Positions 54,636 through 64,000 of a stretch of 64,000 nucleotides of DNA are shown piece after piece. The notes beneath the pieces were generated by a model, which saw nothing but the letters and a program-made list of their open reading frames with translations, made no database searches and was not told where the DNA came from. The DNA is taken from assembly GCA_039935075.1 (NCBI GenBank), contig JBDTKZ010000012.1, forward strand, positions 583-64,582, read 5' to 3'. The translations under genes were made by a program, and so were the position numbers. The stretch's first letter is position 1. Every line of letters begins with the position of its first letter. This stretch comes from Bradyrhizobium sp. (lineage in GTDB: Bacteria; Pseudomonadota; Alphaproteobacteria; Rhizobiales; Xanthobacteraceae).

Positions 54636-55184
54636 TTACTTGGCCGCCGTCGGCAGCGGAACCGGACTATCCGAAAGCGTGCGAAGATAGTCGATCACGT
54701 CGGCGCGTTCGCTGTCCTTCTGGATCCCGGCAAAGCCCATCGCGGTGCCCGGGACAAAACCCTTCGGGCTGTTGATGAACTGGTTGAGATCGTCATAGGT
54801 CCAGGTGCCGCCCTTGGCTTTCATGGCAGCGGAGAAATTGAACCCGCGGCCCTCGCCCTTCTTGTCGCCGACGACCCCGTAGAGGTTGGGACCGACGCGG
54901 TTGGGACCGCCCTTCTCGAAGGTATGGCAGGCGCCGCATTTCTTGGCAGCGGCAGCGCCCTTCTCGACCGAGGCGGTTTGCAACAGCTTCTCGATCGGTT
55001 CGGACGGCGCGGGCGCGGCTTCCTTGCCACCGGCCGGAGCCTCTTCCTTGACGGCGATTTCCATCCCCGGCTTTTGCGGGATCACGGGGGAGAAAATCGC
55101 CCCAGCCGCGAAGCTCGTCGCCAACAGGACAAGGCAGGTGCCCAGAATGGCGCCCATGATTTTATTGAGTTCGAAGGAGTCCAT
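54636..55184 (-). CDS. cycM: Membrane-anchored cytochrome c (CycM-type)
   Basis: MDSFELNKI anchor, CGACH, GPNLYG, PGTAMGFAG. Confidence 0.9.
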   Translation of the reverse strand: MDSFELNKIMGAILGTCLVLLATSFAAGAIFSPVIPQKPGMEIAVKEEAPAGGKEAAPAPSEPIEKLLQTASVEKGAAAAKKCGACHTFEKGGPNRVGPNLYGVVGDKKGEGRGFNFSAAMKAKGGTWTYDDLNQFINSPKGFVPGTAMGFAGIQKDSERADVIDYLRTLSDSPVPLPTAAK

Positions 55185-55421
55185 TTTCGGATCAGGCTCC
55201 AAGTCCTGTCAGGCGCAAAGTCCTGCAGCCAGGAAGGTCGACTTTAGGCCAGCGCGAGGCGGCCGCGGATGAGCCTCAGGAATCAGGCTTTCGCACCGCC
55301 CCCCGAGTAGCGATGAGATATCGGTTTGCCCACGCTCTGGCAACCCGTATAAATGCGCCGGCTTTTGACCAATCCCCGCTATTTCTCGCCTGATATCAAC
55401 CGGGTCCTGACCTCACCCCCG

Positions 55422-56162
55422 ATGACTGAAACCCGCAATTTGGTGCTGATTCCCGCTCGCATGGCCGCCACCCGGCTGCCGGGCAAGCCGCTGATGGATA
55501 TTGCCGGCCTGCCGATGATCGTCCACGTGCTGCGCAGCGCCGAAGCAGCAGGAATCGGCCGCGTCGCGGTCGCGACCGACACCGCCGAGATCGCCGACGT
55601 GGTGAAGTCCCATGGCGGCGAAGCGGTCATGACCCGGGACGACCATCCGTCGGGGTCGGATCGCAGCTATGAGGCGCTGTGCAAGCTCGATCCCGAAGGC
55701 AAGGTCGAGATCGTGGTCAACCTGCAGGGCGATTTTCCGACCATCCGCCCCGACAATATTCAAAGCGTGCTGGGCCCGCTGGCCGATCCCGCGGTCGATA
55801 TCGCGACCCTGGCCGCGCTGATCCATACCGAGGAGGAAAGCGCCAATCCGAACGTGGTGAAGGCGGTCGGCTCGACCATCAGCCCGGGGCGGATGCGCGC
55901 GCTGTACTTCACCCGCGCCACCGCACCTTGGGGCGACGGGCCGCGCTACCATCACATCGGCCTCTACGCCTATCGCCGCGCGGCGCTGCAGCGGTTCGTC
56001 GAGTTGCCCCCCTCGCCGCTGGAACTTCAGGAAAAGCTCGAACAACTCCGCGCGCTGGAGGCCGGGATGCGGATCGACATCGCCATCGTGGAAACCGTAC
56101 CGCGCGGCGTCGATACCCCGCCCGACCTCGAAACCGCCCGCGGCATACTGGCCAAAAGATGA
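55422..56162 (+). CDS. kdsB: 3-deoxy-manno-octulosonate cytidylyltransferase
   Basis: [35 protein letters not shown]. Confidence 0.95.
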   Translation: MTETRNLVLIPARMAATRLPGKPLMDIAGLPMIVHVLRSAEAAGIGRVAVATDTAEIADVVKSHGGEAVMTRDDHPSGSDRSYEALCKLDPEGKVEIVVNLQGDFPTIRPDNIQSVLGPLADPAVDIATLAALIHTEEESANPNVVKAVGSTISPGRMRALYFTRATAPWGDGPRYHHIGLYAYRRAALQRFVELPPSPLELQEKLEQLRALEAGMRIDIAIVETVPRGVDTPPDLETARGILAKR

Positions 56163-56193
56163 GCGGCTGGTACAAGGCGCCATGACGATAAAC

Positions 56194-57054
56194 ATGACCA
56201 AAACCATCAAAATCGCATTCCAGGGCGAGCCCGGCGCCAATTCCCATATCGCCGTGGCCAATGCCTATCCCAATGCCGAACCGCTGCCCTGCCCGACCTT
56301 CGAGGATGCGCTGGCCGCGATCGCCTCGGGCGAGGCCGAACTGGGCATGATCCCGATCGAAAACTCGGTCGCCGGTCGCGTCGCCGACATCCACCATTTG
56401 CTGCCGCAATCCGGCCTGTTCATCGTCGGCGAATGGTTCGAGCCGATCCACCATCAATTGATGGCGCCGCGCGGCGCCAAGCTCAGCGACATCAAGACCG
56501 TCGAGAGCCATGTCCACGCGCTCGGGCAATGCCGCCGTATTATCCGCAAGCTCGGCATCAAGCCGATCGTGTCCGGCGACACCGCCGGCAGCGCCCGCAT
56601 CGTCGCCGAGCGCGGCGACAAGAGCTGCGCCTCGATCGCCTCGAGGCTCGCGGCCGAAATCTACGGTCTCGATATCCTGGCCGAGGACGTCGAGGACGAG
56701 ACCCACAACACCACCCGCTTCGTGGTGCTGGCACGCGAACCGAAATGGGCGGCGCAGGGCTCCGGACCGCTGGTCACCACCTTCGTGTTCCGGGTGCGCA
56801 ACCTGCCCGCCGCGCTTTACAAGGCGATGGGCGGTTTCGCGACCAACGGCGTCAACATGACCAAGCTCGAAAGCTACATGGTCGACGGCAACTTCTTCGC
56901 CACCCAATTCTACGCCGACGTCGACGGCCATCCCGACGACAAGAACCTCGCTTTCGCGCTGGAGGAACTGAAATTCTTCTCCCGCGAATTCCGCATCGTC
57001 GGCGTCTATCCCGGCCATCCGTTCCGCGCGACATTCAGCGAGACGAAGGAATGA
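56194..57054 (+). CDS. pheA: Prephenate dehydratase
   Basis: FQGEPGANS, PIENS, SHVHALGQC, NTTRF, NMTKLES. Confidence 0.95.
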   Translation: MTKTIKIAFQGEPGANSHIAVANAYPNAEPLPCPTFEDALAAIASGEAELGMIPIENSVAGRVADIHHLLPQSGLFIVGEWFEPIHHQLMAPRGAKLSDIKTVESHVHALGQCRRIIRKLGIKPIVSGDTAGSARIVAERGDKSCASIASRLAAEIYGLDILAEDVEDETHNTTRFVVLAREPKWAAQGSGPLVTTFVFRVRNLPAALYKAMGGFATNGVNMTKLESYMVDGNFFATQFYADVDGHPDDKNLAFALEELKFFSREFRIVGVYPGHPFRATFSETKE

Positions 57055-57055
57055 C

Positions 57056-57149
57056 CGTCGTTCCGGGGCGACGCGCAGCGTCGAACCCGGAACCTCGAGA
57101 TGATCATCTCTGGATTCCGGGTTCACGCTTCGCGTGCCCCGGAATGACC
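57056..57149. repeat. REP dimer (ATTCCGGG family), empty counterpart of the GIY-YIG element
   Basis: CGTCGTTCCGGGGCGACGC..GCGTCGAACCCGGAAC / GGATTCCGGGTTCACGC..GCGTGCCCCGGAATGAC; starts 1 bp after the pheA stop. Confidence 0.85.
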
Positions 57150-57186
57150 GCCCAGACTAAAGTTCGCCGGGACGACGAGAGTTTGT

Positions 57187-58206
57187 TCAAGCCGCCGCCT
57201 TTTTCCCCAGCCCAAACGCATCCGCCAGCAAACTGTAAGACTTCCTGCGCGCGTCGTGATCGTACACCGCGGTGATGATCATCAATTCATCGGCCTTGCT
57301 CGCAATGATCATCGGTTGCAGTTTTGTCATCACCGTCGCCGGGCTGCCGACGAACAACCGTGAGCGGTTGCGAGCAACTGACGCGCGCTCGGCGTCGGTG
57401 TAGGGATAGGCCAAAGCCTCTTCGACGCTTGGCAGCGGCGCATAGGTGCCGCGGTCCCGGCGCAGACGATTGAGATCCATCGATGATGCCAGCCGCTCAG
57501 CTTCCGCATCGGTTTCGGCCGCGACCACCGCGACCGCCAGGATGCCGTGCGGCGTCGAGCGCCAGCCCGAAGGCTTGAAGCGGGTATGATAATTGGTCAG
57601 CGCATCGACCGCGTCATAGGATGCGAAATGATGCGCGAAGCCAAAACCCATCCCGACCTGGGCGGCCAACTCAGAACTGTAATCGCTGGAGCCGAGCAGC
57701 CAGATCGGCGGCAGCGGCACGTCGTCAGGCATCGCCACTACCTTGTTGTAGGGATGGTCGGCCGGAAAATCGCGGGTCTCCCACAAGGTCAGTTCATGCA
57801 GCCGTTCGAGAAAATCGTCGCCCTCGCGGCGATCGAGCCGGCTCCGCAACGCATGGGCGGTAGCGCCATCGGTGCCCGGCGCACGACCCAGACCGAGATC
57901 GATCCGGCCGGGAAACAGCGCCTCCAGCATCTTGAAGCGTTCGGCCACCATCAGCGGCGCGTGGTTGGGCAGCATCACGCCGCCGGACCCGACCCGGATG
58001 TGGCTGGTCACCGCGGCGATCTGCCCGATCATGATGTCGGGTGCGGGGCTCGCGACCGAAGCAAGGTTGTGATGTTCGGCCAGCCAATACCTGGTGTAGC
58101 CGAGCTGATCGACGTGGCGCGCCAGATCGATGCTGTTGCGCAGCGCCGCGGCGGGCTTGGTGCCTGAGGTGACGACGGAGAGGTCGAGGACTGAAAGCGG
58201 TATCAT
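57187..58206 (-). CDS. LLM-class flavin-dependent oxidoreductase (luciferase-like)
   Basis: [37 protein letters not shown]. Confidence 0.93.
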   Translation of the reverse strand: MIPLSVLDLSVVTSGTKPAAALRNSIDLARHVDQLGYTRYWLAEHHNLASVASPAPDIMIGQIAAVTSHIRVGSGGVMLPNHAPLMVAERFKMLEALFPGRIDLGLGRAPGTDGATAHALRSRLDRREGDDFLERLHELTLWETRDFPADHPYNKVVAMPDDVPLPPIWLLGSSDYSSELAAQVGMGFGFAHHFASYDAVDALTNYHTRFKPSGWRSTPHGILAVAVVAAETDAEAERLASSMDLNRLRRDRGTYAPLPSVEEALAYPYTDAERASVARNRSRLFVGSPATVMTKLQPMIIASKADELMIITAVYDHDARRKSYSLLADAFGLGKKAAA

Positions 58207-58600
58207 GCCCGTAAACTACTGCGGCCTATCGGGCCGACAAAGGGCCACGCGGTGCAGACCAGCCGCGCATCGACGCTCCGCCGAACGGGTACCACGGCCA
58301 CTCTGAATGGGCTATATGTAGAGTTAATGTCACAATCTAGCATTGCCCACTATCTCGGTAAACTCGCTTCGCAGGCATAAATTACCATTTTGATTATATA
58401 ATCAATATATTAAGAGTATTTCTCATTTCTTAAATTTGGCCCACTCGACTGATAAACTGCTCGATTATGAAAATAATTCTGCAACAATTGGGCAATTTCC
58501 CATCTCCGGTGGGCTATATGGATCGCCGCGTTTGGCTTATTTTAGGCTCGAGCAGCTACGCATGATGGTTTCGGACCGTCCGACTGGAGTTTGTGGTGCC

Positions 58601-59515
58601 ATGACCGAGGTTACTTCGCCCGCAACTGACGGGCACCGCGCGCCGGCATCGCCAAACATCTCCTTCGAGTTCTTCCCGCCGAAAACCGAGGAAATGGAGC
58701 GCGGCCTGTGGGAGACCATCAACCGGCTGGCGCCGCTGGCTCCCAATTTCGTCTCGGTGACCTATGGCGCCGGCGGATCGACCCGCCATCGCACCCATTC
58801 CACCATCGCCCGCATCCTCAACGAAACCAGCCTGACCCCGGCCGCGCACCTCACCTGCGTCAACGCCCCGCGCGGCGAGATCGATGACGTGGTGGCGCAA
58901 TATCACGATGTCGGCGTTCGCCACATCGTCGCGTTGCGCGGCGATCCCACCACCGGGATCGGCACCGCCTATGTCGCGCATCCCGATGGCTACAAGACCT
59001 CGGCCGAACTGGTCGAAAGCATCAAGAAGCGTTACCCCGACATCGAAGTCTCGGTCTCGGCCTATCCGGAAAAGCACCCCGAGAGCGCCGACTTCGACGC
59101 CGACATCGATGTGCTCAAGGCCAAGGTCGATGCCGGTGCGGCGCGCGCCATTACCCAGGTGTTCTTCGACAACGATCTGTATTTCCGTTATCTCGATCGC
59201 GTGCGCGCGCGCGGCATCGATATTCCGGTCGTGCCCGGCATCATGCCGATGCACAATTTCAAGCAGGCGCGCAATTTCGTCACCCGCGCCGGCACCTCGG
59301 TGCCTTCCTGGCTCGCGGAAAAATTCGACGGCCTCGACGACGATGCCGAAACCCGCAAGCTGGTAGCGGCAACCGTCGCCGCCGGCCAGGTCCAGAAGCT
59401 CGCCAAGCACGGCGTCGATACCTTTCATTTCTACACCATGAACCGCGCGGATCTCGTGTTCGCCATCAGCCATCTGCTGGGCATTCGCCCGCAGGGCGCC
59501 CAGAAAGCCGCTTGA
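58601..59515 (+). CDS. metF: Methylenetetrahydrofolate reductase
   Basis: SFEFFPPKT, SVTYGAGG, AHLTC, ALRGD, AYPEKHP, HFYTMN. Confidence 0.96.
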   Translation: MTEVTSPATDGHRAPASPNISFEFFPPKTEEMERGLWETINRLAPLAPNFVSVTYGAGGSTRHRTHSTIARILNETSLTPAAHLTCVNAPRGEIDDVVAQYHDVGVRHIVALRGDPTTGIGTAYVAHPDGYKTSAELVESIKKRYPDIEVSVSAYPEKHPESADFDADIDVLKAKVDAGAARAITQVFFDNDLYFRYLDRVRARGIDIPVVPGIMPMHNFKQARNFVTRAGTSVPSWLAEKFDGLDDDAETRKLVAATVAAGQVQKLAKHGVDTFHFYTMNRADLVFAISHLLGIRPQGAQKAA

Positions 59516-59518
59516 TCG

Positions 59519-63409
<3,891 letters not shown>

Positions 63410-63436
63410 AAAAGACCACTCCTTCGATTTATCTTT

Positions 63437-63832
63437 CGTCATTCCGGGGCGCGCTCTTGCGCGAGCCCGGAATCCATAACCCCTGCGCCCGAGATGCCTT
63501 ACTACGTCTATCTCCTCGCGAGCAAAAAACACGGCACGCTCTATCTCGGCGTGACCAGGGATATTGTGCGGCGCGGATACGAGCATCGAACCAAGCCGGT
63601 CGATAGCTTTACGTCCAGATACGGCATCGACAAGCTGGTCTGGTTCGAAATTTACGACGACGCCGCAACTGCGATCGCTCGCGAGAAAGAGCTGAAGAAA
63701 TGGCGGCGCGATTGGAAAATTCGTCTGATTGAAGAGCAAAACCCCGGGTGGGTTGATTTGTATCCCGGCATATCAAATTGACACAGGGGTTATGGATTCC
63801 GGGCTCGCGCCAACGCGCGCCCCGGAATGACG
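63437..63832. mobile_element. Putative REP-flanked GIY-YIG nuclease element (396 bp)
   Basis: 49-bp inverted repeats at 63437-63485 and 63784-63832 (46/49 identical, differing only in the hairpin loop) enclosing a single ORF; no target-site duplication visible. Confidence 0.7.
63494..63781 (+). CDS. Stand-alone GIY-YIG nuclease family protein (95 aa)
   Basis: YVY-x10-YLG-x-T, RR..EH, AREKELKKW, NPGWVDL; catalytic Tyr/Arg/Glu/Asn positions present. Confidence 0.92.
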   Translation: MPYYVYLLASKKHGTLYLGVTRDIVRRGYEHRTKPVDSFTSRYGIDKLVWFEIYDDAATAIAREKELKKWRRDWKIRLIEEQNPGWVDLYPGISN

Positions 63833-63868
63833 GGTTGAGGGGCTTCCATACGCTTGAGAACGCCAACT

Positions 63869-64000
63869 CCGATTCAACTTTCAAACAGCCGACACACTTC
63901 CGCGCTCTCGCGACGCAATTCGTCCGAGTCGTACAGGAACGTTGTCCCTCCAGTAAAAGAGGGAGCAGGGAATGCCGGACGCTCGGCGCGTCCGCAGCCG
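63869..64000 (+). repeat. Probable start of a structured dispersed intergenic repeat (truncated by window end)
   Basis: TTCAAACAGCC...GAGGGAGCAGGGAATGCCGG...CCGCAGCC with short hairpins; from memory it resembles a multicopy Bradyrhizobium intergenic element. Only one copy is in the window. Confidence 0.4.

Noticed and set aside
58390-58405. FNR/FixK2 box
   Set aside because: Spacing is TTGAT-N6-ATCAA rather than the required N4.
58436-58600. SAM or cobalamin riboswitch upstream of metF-metH
   Set aside because: No recognisable conserved aptamer motifs by eye; an Rfam scan would be needed to exclude it fully.
63437-63832. Classical IS, integron cassette or uvrC fragment
   Set aside because: No DDE/HUH transposase, no target-site duplication, no attC-type GTTRRRY/RYYYAAC ends or integrase; the protein is a complete small stand-alone GIY-YIG, not a UvrC piece.

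Overview
GC-rich alphaproteobacterial chromosome segment; gene content and intergenic repeats point to Bradyrhizobium or a close relative (inference). In order: 5' end of a sulfite-reduction operon (cysG-DUF2849-cysI), glcB, a chemoreceptor, a general-stress-response island (phyR/nepR-ecfG, CHASE-HWE kinase, seven EcfG-type promoter motifs and a likely GsrN-like sRNA), a sigma54-driven urtABCDE-ureDABC-(2xABM)-ureEFG cluster, a DEAD-box/infA/csp cluster, a complete Tad/Cpa pilus locus, M17 peptidase-NlpC/P60, yejAABEF, cycM, kdsB-pheA, an LLM oxidoreductase and metF-metH. The most striking structure is at the right end: a stand-alone 95-aa GIY-YIG nuclease gene (63494-63781) that exactly fills the space between two 49-bp inverted CGTC-tagged REP hairpins (46/49 identical). 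Empty dimers of the same REP family lie at 21039-21134 and 57056-57149, and several other CGTC-type REP families are also present. This looks like an autonomous/non-autonomous REP system in which a GIY-YIG nuclease takes the place of a RAYT transposase (hypothesis). All calls are from reading the sequence by eye; no searches were run.
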